DNA from: Hemiscyllium ocellatum
Taxonomy: Eukaryota
Direction of reading: 5' to 3'
DNA length: 64,000 nt
NCBI RefSeq assembly: GCF_020745735.1
Contig: NC_083450.1
Span: 10,041,883-10,105,882, forward strand
In this document: positions 49,170 to 62,829 of the stretch, piece by piece
How positions within the stretch are numbered: the first letter of the stretch is position 1
Layout: each line of letters begins with the position of its first letter
Position numbers and translations under genes: made by a program
The notes under the pieces: generated by a model
What the model was told of the DNA's origin: nothing
The model's input: only the letters and a program-made list of their open reading frames with translations
Databases searched by the model: none

Positions 49170-50210
49170 AAGTTTGTGAGAAGATTTGCAGCTCGGGTGC
49201 TCGTTGTTGTGGTTCTGTTCGCCAAGCTGGGAATTTGTTTTGCAGACCTTTCGTCCCCTGTCTAGGTGACATCCTCAGTGCTTGGGAGCCTCCCGTGAAG
49301 CGTTTCTGTGATGTTTATGCCGACATTTATAGGGGTTTGTCTCTGCCGCTTCCGGTTCTCAGTTCCAGGGCTAGTATATTGGGTCCAGGCCGATGTGTTT
49401 GTTCGTAGAATCTGTGGATGAGTACCATGCCTCTTGGAATTCTCTGGCTGTTCTCTGTTTGGCTTGTCCTATAATAGTAGTGTTGTCCCAGTCGAACTCA
49501 TGTTGTTTATCATCTGCGTGTGTGGCTACTAAGGATAGCTGTCATGTCGTTTCACGGCTAGTTGATGTTCATGGATACGGATCATTAGCTGACTTCCTGT
49601 TTGTCGTATGTACTATTTTGTGCAGTCCTTGCATGGGATTTTGTACACTACATTGGGTTTGCTCATTCTAGGTATTGTGTCCTTTGTCCTGGTGAGTTGT
49701 ATCTGAGAGTGGCTGTTGGTTTGTGTGCTGCTATGAGTCCTAGTGGTCGTCGTAGTCTGGCTGTCTGTTCAGAAATGTTCTTCATGTATGGTAACTTGGC
49801 TTGTCTTTTGGGTTGTGGCATGTCCTCATTCCGTTGTCTTTCCCTTAGGCATCTGTTGATGAAATTACGGGGGTATCCACTTTTGGTGAATACATTGTAT
49901 TATAGGACTACTATAATAGAATACTATTATAGGACAAGCCAAACAGAGAACAGCCAGGGAATTCCTAGAGGCATGGCACTCATCCACAGATTCGATCAAC
50001 AAACACCTCGACCTGGACCCAATATACCGGCCACGGCAGAGGACAGCTGGAACTGACAACCGGAAGCGGCAGAGACAAACGACTATAAATGCCGGAGGAA
50101 ACATCACAGAAGCGCTTCACAGGAGGTTCACAAGCACTGAGGATGTCACCGAGGCAGGGGACGAAACGTCTGCAACACAAATTCCCAGCTCGGTGAACAG
50201 AACCACGAAA
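49170..50210 (-). mobile_element. PLE family A with tail-to-tail inverted pLTRs, inserted in the Gypsy protease
   Basis: Minus-strand GIY-YIG end 49400-49900; ~300-bp inverted arms 49200-49540 / 49905-50207; a hammerhead core in each arm. Confidence 0.88.
50134..50173 (+). ncRNA. Intact minimal hammerhead ribozyme core (family A)
   Basis: gcaCTGAGGAtgtcaccgaggcaggggacGAAACGTC^tgc. Confidence 0.75.
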
Positions 50211-52899
50211 AATTATATTGCTGGTGCTGAGAGTTTTTCCAGTACTTCCGCCCCCCTACACTTTTCACTGAAAACGCCAACTTCACTTTACATAATGCAT
50301 CATTTCTTGTCTCACCATGAATTCCACATATTAACACATTTTCTGGCAATAGTCCTTCTGGATGACATATCTCCTCATCTCTCAACATCAAAGATTGTCA
50401 TGATCCCATACCTCTTAGAACTATCATTTCTTTAACTGCCCCTCCTTGCATATGTGAGTAATTTTTACCCTCGCAAATAAATGGTTAAAGAAGTTCCGGT
50501 ACTTCGTCCTCAATCAACCTTCGACCTTGTTGTACATTCTGGTGCAGCTTTTTAGCTTCCGTTTTGCTTTCCTTTGCCACTTTAACGAAATTCACTGGCT
50601 CATCCTATTTTACTACATCTGTCTATCAAGTCCTTTTTCCAAACCACCTATGCTGTGACTTCACGTGGCTCTCCATCTTGCAGTGAAAATACCAAAGCTT
50701 TTGCTACATTGTTTTCCACTTCGGGGGTCTCCTTTTTAACCTGTGGTAAATTATCTTTATTGTTGTAAAAGTTATCCCAAGGTTTGTCTTTTCCACAACT
50801 TCTATCCCTCACGAATTGAAATTGATGTCAGAAGTTGAACTTTGATTTATGAAGCAATACATAATTCTGAGCCATTTCAGCTAATAATCTTAATGCTTTA
50901 ACTCTCTGCTCTTCCACATGAATGATCATTACTTCAGGAAGTGAATGTATGGACTCCTCCAGAATAATGATCTCTCAAAGAGCATCATATGTTTGATCTA
51001 TTTTTGAGGAATCTCTCTCTTCCTGCTTTTCTTATCTCTCTTTCTCTCCTTTTTTTCTGCGAGGGCTTTTCACTCCTTTCTGTTTTGTCTACAAGGGCTA
51101 ATATTTCTTATTGCATTGTTTTGCCAGGCTTATTCTTTCTTTTTTTCTCTTTCCTCTGCGTTTAATCATTGTCCAAAGTTTTCATTTCCTTTTTATGTTC
51201 AAGCTATTTAATCTGCAATTGAAATTTCCATTTCTAAAGATTCAGATGGCATTTCCTCATCCACCTATCAAAATTATTTTGCTTGATTCTTTCAACGAGT
51301 GCTTGGCCAGGTTCCCTCCTTAGATCCCTGAAATGCCGTCTGCAAGGCGTCTGGCATGAGTTAATATGCACTTCAGATGACTTTATTCACCTCCTCATAT
51401 GCTCAGATACTTCCTCAGACAGTGATGCAAATACCTCATTAGCTCCACCTTCCAATTTTGTTTGGAACAACAAAACCCAGATGGTCACTTGTTTAGCCAC
51501 TTTCTCAAATGAAATGAAAAAGACTTCGAGATCTTTCTCGTCAAATTTAGGCAATGCTTGGACATATTTAAACAGAACCATACCACGCCTTCGGCTACGA
51601 TGGATTTGCTCGTCATCAGTATCCTCCTCACTATGCCTACCTTCTACATTTACCTACATCCTTTTGGGTCGACTTTCCTGTCTAATTGGCAACTCCTGGA
51701 GTTCAAATTCTTTCGCTTGCTGCTTTTCTTATCTCTCTTTCTCCCTTTCTTCTGCTCGGGCTTTCTTCACCTTTCTTCCTTGTTCTGCCAGGACTATTCT
51801 TTCCTTTCCACTTTCGTCTGCCCCTCATCTCCATTCAAACATTCATTTCCTTTTCATGTTCAAGCTTCTTCTTCTGCAATTGAATTCTAACCATTTCCAA
51901 AGATTCCAATGATATTTCCAGCAAATGTAAATGTCAAGCTATTGCGACAATTACATAACCTTTTCTCACAGACAAGGACAACCCCAATTGAAGCTTGTCT
52001 CTCAATTTCAATAGCTTCACCTTGCTCATTTATTGTAAAATTCCTAGAGTCACTTTTTTCGCCCCCAGAGATCTCTTAGTAGCTGAAAGTGCTGTTCGTG
52101 CACAATTTAAACCAACCTAATTTAACATGCAAAACAAAAGACACTAACACCTGCCACTCACTGTTTCTGAGTCCAATAATCCTAAATGCAAAATAGAATT
52201 TTAGAATTATATCCCGGATGAGCCCCGACTTTGTTTTGGACCACACCAGACCTCCTCAAAATATTTGACGAAGGTAGCCCAGACCCGAACGTTTCCTTAT
52301 TTCAAATGTCGATGTGAAGTGGATGTTCCAGGTGTGATACAGCTGGTCAAACCACTCCCAGCTAAGTAAAACACAGTTTATTTAAAGACGATAGTTAAAA
52401 TACAAACAAAAGGAGAGGAATTTAGAATAACAACTCTTGGAAAACATAACTGAATAATTGATACAGCACCTATGACAGTTTCAACTCAGCGACCTCTAAT
52501 ATACACACTCCCGGCAGAAGGGTAGATTAATTCACAGATTTTCACTTGTTGTTCAACATCAAGAAAGATTTCAGGGAAAGTCACAGTGTAGAATCATTTA
52601 CTGAGTGTCCAACTCTGCTGGGACCTAAGCAGCTTCTCACGGCTCCAGCTGAGTAAAAACTAGAAAGCCTGATCTGAGAGAACTGGCCACTTCCCGTCCA
52701 TTGCTATAGCAACTTAAAAAAAAAACTCAAGGCCTCTTGACCTATTGACTTAGGTTGTAACGTAACCACTTTGACACCTCTGCCTTTACAACTCTCTTCA
52801 AAAGAACGCAGTGCAAAATAATCTTTTTAAAGTGAGAGCACCGTCACAATAGGGATGAAGTTAGAAAATAAATAAGTAAGTCCAAGATTGTTGGCTGCC

Positions 52900-54430
52900 C
52901 TTGCTAACTGAAACCTTTTCAAATGGTGTTGAATAGGGCTTAATTTTGGGAACCCTGCTGTTTGTTTTAGATATTAAAGATTTGGACTCGAATATGTGTG
53001 GCACCATTGAGATAATTGCACTGGAGACAGAATTTGGCTGTGTAGTGGATAATGTAGAGCTAAGCTGTAAGCTCCAAAATGACTTAGATGGGTTGGTAGC
53101 ATGCAGGAAATTGGCAGACTGTGTTCAAAACTGATAAGTCTGGGATAATGCATTTAGGGAGGTCAAGCTGCTAAAGAGAACACACAATAAATGGGAATTT
53201 ACGAAGAGGGGTAGATGAACTGAGACATCATGGTGTGCAGGTGTACAGGTCTTGAAAGGTAACAGTATTGGTAGATAAGATTGTAAAGAAGGCAAAGGAA
53301 ATGCTCCCTTCATTGGCAGAGGTATAATGTGCAAAAGCAGAGATCTAATGATGGATAATAATAATTACATATAAGACACCTGGGAGGCGACACGTCGAAT
53401 ATTGTGTGCACTCCTGGTGACTTCATTACAGGAAGAACGTAATTGCTCTGTCTCGAATGGACAGCAGATTTACTAGATTGTTACCAGGGCTGGAGAATTT
53501 CAGCTACAAGGAGCGATTGGAGATGTTGGAGTTATTTTCCTTGGAACAAAGAAGGCAAAAGATTTACATGTTTTGGGTACGCAGAATTGAGGGGTACAGA
53601 TAAAGTAGGAAGGTAGAATCTCTTTCCGGAGGGAGAGAATTCAAAATGAAGAAAGTGAGTCAGCGTCAAAATGTGTGGTGGTGGAAAAGCGCTGTAGGTC
53701 AGGCAGCATCCGAGGCGCAGGACAGTCGATATTTCAATCATAAGCCCTTCATCAGGAACGTGTTGAGCTCAAAAATCCAGCGGTCATAGATTGCAGCTAT
53801 GTGGCTGCAGGATTGAAGGGGACAGGAGATGAAACGTTTTTACACAGATGGTGGTGACTCTCAGGAATTCGCTGCCTGGTTTGTTGGGGAGGTAGGGACC
53901 CTAAACTCTTTCAAAACTTACCAGGAACTGCAGCCGAACTTAGGCGACAAGGCATGTGAAGGAAAATGGGATTAGAAGGGGCAGTTGTGTGTCTTTGGCT
54001 GGGCCGAATGGCCTCTTTCGGTGCCATATCTTTTCTCTAGTTCTTTGGACCGAGCTGCATCTTCCTCTGGGGAACAGAATTCCAAAAGAATCACCATTCT
54101 TCGGGAAAATATCCTCCCCACCTCTGCTTTAAATTGGAGAGGCACCATTTCGAACGTCTGCTCCTTCCCATTCATTTCCCATTTGATCCTTTCAGTATCA
54201 AACACGTCGGGTCCCTTCAGTGTCATTTGAACATCAGTAAGATTCCCCTATTGTTCTTCTGAACCGAATGTGCGCAAAGCTTGCCTGCCAGAAATTTCCT
54301 CCCAGACAACCCTCTGCTGCCGTCCTCCAAAACCATCAGTGAAATCCCTTCTGAACAACTTTGTTACATATTCTCTTAAATTACAAGGCTAAAACTGAAC
54401 ACAGTGTTTCAAACGTGGTCTCGCCTACAC
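52900..54430. mobile_element. Degenerate CR1-group LINE fragments (plus 52900-53990, minus 54000-54430) with a PLE-B remnant at 53660-53760
   Basis: RT motifs (LLFVLDIKDLD..; FTRLLPGLE); pLTR sequence gcagcatccgagg..aagcccttcatcagg. Confidence 0.65.
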
Positions 54431-55049
54431 ACTGTACAACGCCATCACAATCGCGAATTGTACATATCATTGTCCATTAAACAAAAGACAGCATTCTATT
54501 TTGAATTTGGTTGCATTTCACTGGAGCATGAGTTGGCGTTGCGTGGGAAACCCCATGACATTTCGATTCCAACTCCTGCTCTGCTCACCCACCGTAACCG
54601 TGAAGCAGCAAGGAACTGATTATTTGATGATTATTATCTATCTGTCTCCTTCCTCTTGAATTGAATTTTCGTAACTACAAGATGCAATAAACCGACAGTT
54701 TCATGAGTTGAAAGAAAATTGTGACACTGAAGTGAAAACCAAATTCTTGATGAATTTAATTGATGGCCAAGCAATTAACAAACTGTTTCGTGAGGCTGCC
54801 ATTGAAAAATTACACTTTGGTTAATTGGACGTGGATCTCACAAGTAAAACAAAACAGAAATAGAAGACTTCGAGTATCTGGAAAGTTCATCCCTTTTTAG
54901 TGAGGTTCATTCAGGATGCTGGTCAAAAATAAGTGTAGGAAGAATTTGGGCATAAAGCTAGAGGAGCGTTTATATTTAACTGGCTGTGAATGCTATCGAT
55001 ATGCTGAGAATCATAAGTGAGGTGTTGTTTGAGAAAGCAAAAAGGAATT

Positions 55050-56170
55050 AGAAGTAGAACACAGAAGTAAGGCCCTTCATCCCACCAAGTCTGTGCCAAC
55101 ACATTACGCCGTTCTGCTCTAAGGTCTTCAGTCTCTATGTGACCCGTGCCCCTCTATTCCCTGCCTAATCCTACACCTATCAAGGTACCTCTTAAAAGTT
55201 TGCTGTTGTATCTGCTTCAACCCCCTCCAATGGCAAAGCATTCCAAGCATTTGCCATCCTTTGTGTAAAGGAACTTGCCCCTCATAACCTATGTCTGTGA
55301 GCTTCCCCCCTTTACCTTAATCCTATGCCGCCAGGTAAACGATATTTCCGCACTGAGGTCAAAGACTCCAATGATGCACGATATCCACGACTCATGAGTT
55401 TGTAAATCTCCATCAGTTCTACTCTTTACCTCCAACATTCAAGTGAAAACAAATTGCGTTTTTCTAATCCCTCCACACAGTTAATACCCTCCAAATCAGG
55501 CAACATCCTGATGACCTTTTCTGCACCCTTTCCACAGGCTCCACAACTTTCTGGTATGTGGCCACAGAATTCTGTCCAATATTCCAAATGTGGCCTTACT
55601 AAAGTTCTGTGCAGGTGCAACATGTCTCCATCAGATATTTTTGTACTCTATGCCCTGACTGATGAAGATAAGCATGCCTAATGCCTTCTTGACTGCCTTA
55701 TCTACTTTCTATGTCACTTTCAGAGAAGTGTGCACATGTCTATGTAAATTCCTCTATACATGACAGTTTCCGTGTGTTCTGTCATTTACTGTATACTTTC
55801 CTCTTTAAAGACACTCCAAAATGCAACCTCTCACATTTGTTTTGATCAAATTCCATCTGCCATTTCTCTGCCCATGCCTCCAATCCTATCCATGCCCAGA
55901 TGTAATTCCCCTCACTATCCACAGCTCCTGCAATCTCCGTGTTGTCCACAAACGTAGATCATCTGCATTTTCTTACAAACACCAGGTGTGTCAGCATCGA
56001 TTCCTGCAGAACACAACTGGTCACAGATCTCCAGTCAGATCTGCTGTGATTTCTATGACCAATCCAGTTCTGCATACATCTTACCAGTTCACCACCGGAT
56101 CCTATATGACTTCACCTTCTGCATCAACCTACCTGTAGGGACCTTGTCGAAGGCTTTGCTGAAGTCTCTG
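55050..56170 (-). mobile_element. CR1 LINE 3' part
   Basis: LHRTLVRPHLEYW (55426-55623) and 3' tail near 55050. Confidence 0.85.
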
Positions 56171-56176
56171 TCGGAG

Positions 56177-56487
56177 CACCGATTGCTTTTAGATTAGATT
56201 AGACTTACAGTGTGGAAACAGGCCCTTCGGCCCAACAAGTCCACACCGACCCGCCGAAGCGCAACCCACCCATACTCCTTACCTAACACTACGGGGAATT
56301 TAGCATGGCCAATTCACCTGACCCGCACATCTTTGGACTGTGGGAGGAAACCGGAGCACCCGGAGGAAACCCACGCAGACACGGGGAGAATGTGCAAACT
56401 CCACACAGTCAGTCGCCTGAGGCGGGAATTGAACCCAGGTCCCTGGCGCTGTGAGGCAACAGTGCTAACCACTGTGCCACCGTGCTG
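56177..56487 (-). mobile_element. HE1-type SINE, well preserved
   Basis: Full head (ggcagcacggtggcacagtggttagcactg), V-domain and (tctaa)n tail. Confidence 0.95.
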
Positions 56488-56499
56488 CCCCTAAAAAAA

Positions 56500-56645
56500 T
56501 GCGATGCTGGAAAAACACAGCAGGCCAGACAGCATCCGAGGAGCAGGAGAATCGATGTTTCGGGCCTGCTTCAGGAATCCTGTGTTTTTCCAGCACCACA
56601 TCTTTCAACGCTGGTCTCCAGCATCTGCTGTCCTCACTTTCTCCT
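56500..56645. mobile_element. Short fold-back PLE-B remnant (two pLTR pieces in opposite orientation)
   Basis: gctggaaaaacacagcagg.. faces cctgtgtttttccagc; hammerhead stem II partly deleted. Confidence 0.65.
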
Positions 56646-56689
56646 AGCATCTATTGCTCTGGCCTCATTAATCATCATTGTCATCCTTT

Positions 56690-58185
56690 CTGAAAAAAAA
56701 GCAACAAAGTGTGTAAGACACGAACTCCCCCATACACAATCACGCTGTCTGTCGCAAATAAGTCCATATTTTTCCAGATGAGAATAAATCCTGACTCGTG
56801 AAAGTCTTTTCCAATAATTTTCATACCACCCAGCCTCACCAGCCTGCAGGGTCCTGGATTATAATGGTTGCCCTTTTTAAACAAAAGAACAACATTGGTT
56901 GTTGTCTGATCCTCTGAGATCTCGCCTGTGATTAAAGAGGATACGAAGATTTCTTATAAGGTCCCAGCAATTTCCTCACTCACTTCCCTCAGTATGCTCT
57001 AATAAATGTCATTAGGTCCTGGGGACTTGTCTACCTTGATGCTTTGCAATAGACCAATTTTTTTTTAATATAGGCATGCCCTGGTATACCAACACACCAC
57101 TTTGTAGACTCACCGTTCACTGTACCCTTCTCCTTGGTGAATGAAGCTATTCATTCAGGAATCTCACTCACGTTCCCTGTTTCCACGCAACAATTTCCTT
57201 CTTTGTCGTTGAGTGAACTGCCCTTTCTCTGGCCATCCTCTTGCTCCTTGTATACGTTTAAGAAAGCTTGGGACCTCCCTTGATATTGTTTGCCAAGATC
57301 TTTTCATGACCCCTTTTAGTCCTCCAGACACTTTGGAGAATTTCTTTTCTGTTATCCTCGTATTCTTCAAGGACTCTGTTTGTCTTCATTTTACTAAAGT
57401 AAATTTGCTTGGGAAGAGCACGTTATCTGGATGGAGAAACAATTGATTGGTGCTTTATTGCCTGAGCCGTGGGCAAGTGGTCATAGTTAAATGTGATCAG
57501 AAAGTTGAAATAACATCCAAAAGGCATTTGGTAAGGTTCACATAAAACGTTATGCACAATTTAATGTATCACGAGGTGAACAATTTCCTTGGGTGGACAA
57601 TTAACTGTTTGACAAAAACCCTGGAGAGATCACACTTGCAATATTGTGCAGAGTTGTGATCGCTGTATGATAGGAAAGATACGGATGCTTTGGAGAGGGT
57701 ACGGAGAAATGTTACCAGGATGTTGCCTGGACTTGAAGGCTTGTCTTTCCAAGCGAGGTTGACTAAACTCGGACTTTTTTCTCTGGAGAGAAGGAGAAAA
57801 GGAGGTGACCTGATTGAGGTATGCAAGGTAATGTGAGGCATAGATAGAGTTGATAGTCAGAGACTTTTCCCCAGCGCGGGATTGACTGGCACGAGGGATC
57901 ATAGTTTTAAGGTGTTAGAAGAAGGTGTAGAGCAGACATCAGAGGGAGGTTCTTTACACAGAGAGTAGTGAATGCATGGAATGCGTTGCCTGCAGCGGTA
58001 GTGGAAGCTGACATTAAGGGCATTTAAGTGACGAGTGGACATGTACATCGAGAGCAGCAAATTGAGACATGTGTAGATTAGTTTACTTTAGCTTAGATTA
58101 AGAATAATTCTCGCCACAACATCATGGGTGGAAGGGCCTATTCTGTGCTGTACTTTTAAAAAAGTTTTATGTTCCATGTTCTACA
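56690..58185. mobile_element. CR1 fragments: minus 56690-57480, plus 3' end 57590-58185
   Basis: KKG..NPG.CR (56681-56884); ALERVRRNVTRMLPGLEG; ttctatg-like tail ~58170. Confidence 0.8.
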
Positions 58186-60418
58186 CATCTTTCCACCTCG
58201 TCCTGTTTTCATTTCCATTTGGAAGTTCACATTGACCGTCCATTCTTAAGGTTTTAAGGTCGCATTTTGTGGGTGTAGGTCACGAACATGCATGTAAATA
58301 TACTTTGATAATTCATTAACATGAAACAGAATGTGAGGACCACAATAGTGACTGTCCCGTTATTCCACGATCCTGCATCCTCAAATTACTCTGCGTTTGT
58401 TTTCAAAGCTAGCTTCAAGATAAGAGATATACAACCAAGTCCTGCAGAGGTGGAAAGTGGGTCAACTAACATATCTAGTACACAGGAAGTCAAAGACTTC
58501 AACTTATGGATGTTAGTTCTTAGATGATGATGGCAATTGAATATAGGTGAAAGCACAATGAACGACAACAAAGATGAATGAAATACAGACGGTTATATGG
58601 CGCAGTGTTTCATAACTCAATAGCAACGGAAGTAAATTATTGTGAACAGTGATAATAATAGTGGTAATCTTCAAAAACACACACGTAGGTTGCTGAACGG
58701 AGTGATGAAATGAAATTTGCCCAAGTCAACAAAGATGATACAGCGATAGTGATGATGCTCTGGCATTTAGAGATGTATTTTTTCCTTTTTTGGAGGAGAC
58801 CTTTTAAGGCAGGGGTTATGAGTTGTCTATTAAAAATTCGACAAGTCAACAGCCGTATTCACTGGGATTTTTGAAAAGTTGGAACAATTAAAGCAGCCTG
58901 AATGCGTGTGGTCAAACCCCTACATTTTCAGCAGTTGCTGCTTGTGTCTAGAAGAAGAGGTAGCGATTTTTTTTACCCTCAGTTCGAGCTAATAGTCGGA
59001 GGTTCTCTTCTTGCTGCTGGATTGCATCTGAGATCATCTGTTGTCCACACTCGCCTTTTGGGAAGGGTATGTTTATGCGATGTTACTATGCTGGAACAGT
59101 TCATTAGCAAGTGGTTAATCATCTATTATTCTGGCAAGTTTTCCAATAGAGTTGTTATGAAAGTTTATTCTTTCTTTAGCTGTATTTTAATTATAATAGT
59201 TGAATCTAGTGTGTTTTGTTTTATGTCCGGTAGCTTGTACAATCGCATTGTATCTGGAATGAAATGCAGAGTAGCCAGTAAAACATGCACTATTCAGTGA
59301 TTTGTAACTGGCTAATACAGAAGCAGCACAGATCAGATGAACACGTTGTTAGACGCCTCCCCGGTTTTGAATTATTCTTTATTCCTTTATCTATTTTGGT
59401 TTGGAGCTGTGAACTAGGATTTGCGAGCTCAAGATGACTTTTTGACGGTGGGGAACAACTTGTGTAAGCTTTTGTTTATTTTTGAGGAAATTAATTGCAG
59501 GTTGGCTCCTGGTGACGAAGTTCTGCAGGCGCTTCAACGCTATGCCAGAGTATTATGTCTAAACAGGTAACAGGAGCCGGCTATTAATGAAGCCAATACT
59601 TGGAAATTGGTGCCGATAACCCACTTAAGTAATCTGGCCAGTTTTCTTATTTTATTTTGCTGCTCTCTTAACTATGTTTCCTTGTCTGTACTTTTTGTGA
59701 ATAGGGCTGAAAACAAATGTTGTTGAGTCTAAAACATATTTACTTTGCTGTATTTACTAAACATTGGATTACTTTGCTGTTTAAGGTTTCCTCCATTAAA
59801 GTTTCAATGAAATCAATAAATTAAGTCCTTTCTCTAAGATATAAGCGAGTATCAGGAAGAGAATATTCACAGTATCTGGGATTGATTATTTTAAAAAGTA
59901 TTGTTAGGAACCTTAAGGTTCAATTCTGAGGTTCGTTTAATTCTGAATTTACTGTATTTACTGAGTTTCAAATACAGGTAGAAAGAGTGATGTGTTTTGA
60001 CTATCTCTATGTCGTAAAATACAAAATACTGGTTAGCTATGAACTAAAACATTGCATTAATTTCTGTGCAAGCAGTGTTACCAAAGGTATGATGGACTGA
60101 GAGAGCGTGTGTTAAGGGTACTCAACTATGGTTCCAAGAATAGTGAATATGAGTGACAGAGTTGACTTGGACAGTGGACTGCTATTCTGTTTTGAGTAGA
60201 CAGCATGAGAAGATAGCATGATGTTAGGTTCAAAATCATGATATGTCCAGATCGAATAGATAGAATAAATTTGCTATCGTGTCACACACATTGAGAGCTA
60301 GAAGAAAGCAGTCTGAGAGGTTTAACAAATGAATGAACAGCAACATGTAGTGGAAGGTTAGCATTCGGAATGGACTGTGGAAAGGAACTTCGACCATTAT
60401 CGGAAAAGACAGCAAAAC

Positions 60419-60516
60419 CTATAGGTCCACGGTGTAAACGCATGTTAGCAGCATTGGGAAAATTGCGCCACAAAGCACCAGCGTACAGTCTACGGGGCAA
60501 GTGGCTCCCTTCAATT
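60419..60516 (-). pseudogene. Putative TM exon of a second VJ-C1-TM gene
   Basis: Acceptor gttacag|, phase 1: ELKGATCPVDCTLVLCGAIFPMLLTCVYTVDL*. Aligns without gaps to the 25970 TM exon (C-x-L-I/V-F/L...I/V-F/Y-T-V). Confidence 0.45.
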
Positions 60517-60801
60517 CTGTAACAGTTCAGTTCTCCTCAAGTTTCAATGTTCCGTCTAATCCAAATGGTGACATCTTTTGAGTTTTTGAATTCGTTCTCA
60601 GAATACAATCTGTGCTGTCTCAGCGTGGCCCTAGTTCACTGTCATCATCCATTGGTTCAAACAAAGAAAAGAAAACAGAATGATGTTGCAACGTTCCCTG
60701 CGGACCTCTCAAAGAACATAAATTGCAGGATCTAAGAATGTATTTTCTTAGTGCATGAGTGATAGCAATACGAAGAAATTATTTCCGTCACACTGGACAT
60801 T

Positions 60802-60865
60802 ATGAATGTGTTTTATAGCATCAAGAAAATATATTACTTGATTCTTGCTATTATTGGTGTCCCTG
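60802..60865 (+). CDS. Exon 1 of a GPR139/142-like GPCR (exon 2 not found in window)
   Basis: MNVFYSIKKIYYLILAIIGVP + phase-1 donor cctg|gtaagt, matching the phase-1 VN(L/V).. second-exon start seen at 5118. Confidence 0.75.
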
Positions 60866-61039
60866 GTAAGTGATATTTAATGTTGAATGCTTATTACAAA
60901 AGGTATTCCCTACTTTTATATCTCAGTTAATGCCATATGCCGATTTCAATAACCTCGTGGTCAGAAACGAAATGAAGGATTCCTTGAACATGAATGCGCT
61001 GAAAAAGCATTAACATTAAGCTTTTAATCTCCACGACTA

Positions 61040-61560
61040 GGAAATTCACAGTAACCTCATAGCAGACAAGCAGGCGATTCCAATGCACCCAGGCTAGTCA
61101 ACGATTGTATGACCAACTTTAATCCCCTTTTCCAACTCCTGACCCTCGGACCTAAGACTCTGGTAATGCAACTGATGAACTCAAGATTACTTGAATAACT
61201 AAATACTACTGTTGCAAGGCTTTCTGACTTCTCACTCTCCCAAACTCCCATCTCCCTCGGGATGGAAATTATCTCGACCAGTGTTCTTTTAGTTTTCTAA
61301 CTCTTACCCTAAATCTATGATCCCTGCCAGTTGATCTATCTCAGCTTACCTATCCACCCCATCTATCCCATCAAAATCTTGTGATCCTGTGTCAGGACGT
61401 CTTTTAACCTTCGCTATTCCTAGCCTATCCAATAACTCAGATGTTCGAGAAGTATTCCATTCAATGTCCTCTCCACCTGCTCTAGTGCAATCGCATTCTT
61501 CTTAAAGTTCACCAGAATTGCATGTAAGACTCCAGTAAAGGTTTGTTTTGTCTGAACGGG
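61040..61560 (-). mobile_element. Degenerate CR1 3' end
   Basis: Reverse complement shows ALERVE..D..; VVFSYSSNL; tail. Confidence 0.6.
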
Positions 61561-62369
61561 AAATGAAACTTCGTAAATCAAATTCTCGCTTCTTAAAGCA
61601 TATGGTTAGTTTTCAAATTAACTGAACTTTACTGCAGAGAAAACTATATGCTTAAACATCAGTTAATGTAAAATCATAAAATTCAACAATTCAATCACTA
61701 ATCCTAGTGGTTTGGCAGAACATGAGCAAAGAAAAGGTCATGAACTTTATTCTTAATTTCCTGTCTTCAATCTTCCTCCAAAGGTCCGTCCCTTATATTA
61801 CTCTTACTTTCTAACTGTTTTCACTGAGGTGGGAGCGGAGTCCAGAATGAGAGGGCATAGGTTGAGGGTGAAAGGGGAAATGGGACCGAAGGGGCAACTT
61901 TTTCATGAAGTCTGTTTCCATGCTGTCCATCTCGAGACTCTATGACATCTTCTATAATGTTTCAAAGGATTGAAAACTTTTTTATACATTATCGATCCTT
62001 TCAGGAATGAATTACACTCGCCCTTCACACGATCAGAAATCTCTTCTGTCATTTCATTTTCTAGCACACAACTTGACTTTGATTTTAGCATTGCATGAAT
62101 GCTGTTCTTCACCTAATATTTTCCATGTCTGATGAAAGGTTATTGGCTCTAAGCTCTAAAGCTTTTCCTTTATGGAACGATCTGCCTGGTCAATGAGTGT
62201 TGCCAATACTCTCCTGCTTCAATCAAGGTAATTTTCCTTCGCTTAGTTACTTAAATATTGATGCTCGTAGATGCTTGGAGGTGCAGCAAGGTGGGCTTTA
62301 GAATGAGAAAACAAGAAATTGATATCTGGTAAATCTCTGTCATAATTGCCGAATTCCATTGTTAAGACC

Positions 62370-62737
62370 TTCTGACTAGAAAAGGAAATGAACGACAAGG
62401 TCCACATTCAGATGGGTCATGCAGACACCAGATGAAGGGAACAAGCCAGTCATTCTCTGAGACTGGCTCCAAATTGTGAGTATTCGGCTTTGCGTGTTGG
62501 GACAGTACCATCCCAGGTGCATTCAGCAAACAATAGGCAAAAGGAGACTTTCCATCATCTGCCCACGCGCTGCCCATCACAATCACTGAACTATAACTCA
62601 ATGGAATGTTCAATATTAGCATGCAGGATGAAATAATTAAAAATCCTGGGTTCGTTGGTTTTTTTGGGGGGAGTTCTGTCTTTGTACACAGTACGTAGAT
62701 CTGGAGCTTAACCAACATTGTACTTGTATAGGCGAAC
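62370..62737 (-). pseudogene. Possible divergent C1-set exon
   Basis: Strong acceptor tttttgtttttctttccag|; ORF with QIYVL, W-A-D-DGK and VSENDW..F..C.H in C1 order; frame and phase imperfect. Confidence 0.35.
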
Positions 62738-62829
62738 CTGGAAAGAAAAACAAAAATCATTTAATAAAATGATGTTAGTTTGAATGCAAATCAAATCCAC
62801 AATCCTGCATACTCATTAAAAAAAACTGT

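Larger units (their letters stand above)
48400..52849 (-). mobile_element. Gypsy/Ty3 LTR retrotransposon 5' part (LTR-PBS-gag-PR-IN), no RT seen
   Basis: LTR 52232-52849 (TG...CA on minus); PBS tcggggctcatccggga 52212-52228; gag (YVQALPKFDEKD.E.FF.SFEKVA) 51380-51580; protease 49100-50400; integrase (FYWPGLHKDVV) ~48570. Confidence 0.85.

Noticed and set aside
51111-51912. Hydrophobic ORFs on plus
   Set aside because: Antisense of a purine-rich gag coiled-coil; the same applies to 12233-12628 and 41341-41811
58240-58490. Minus-strand EDAG-like motif followed by a hydrophobic stretch
   Set aside because: Interrupted by a stop, with no other Ig hallmarks
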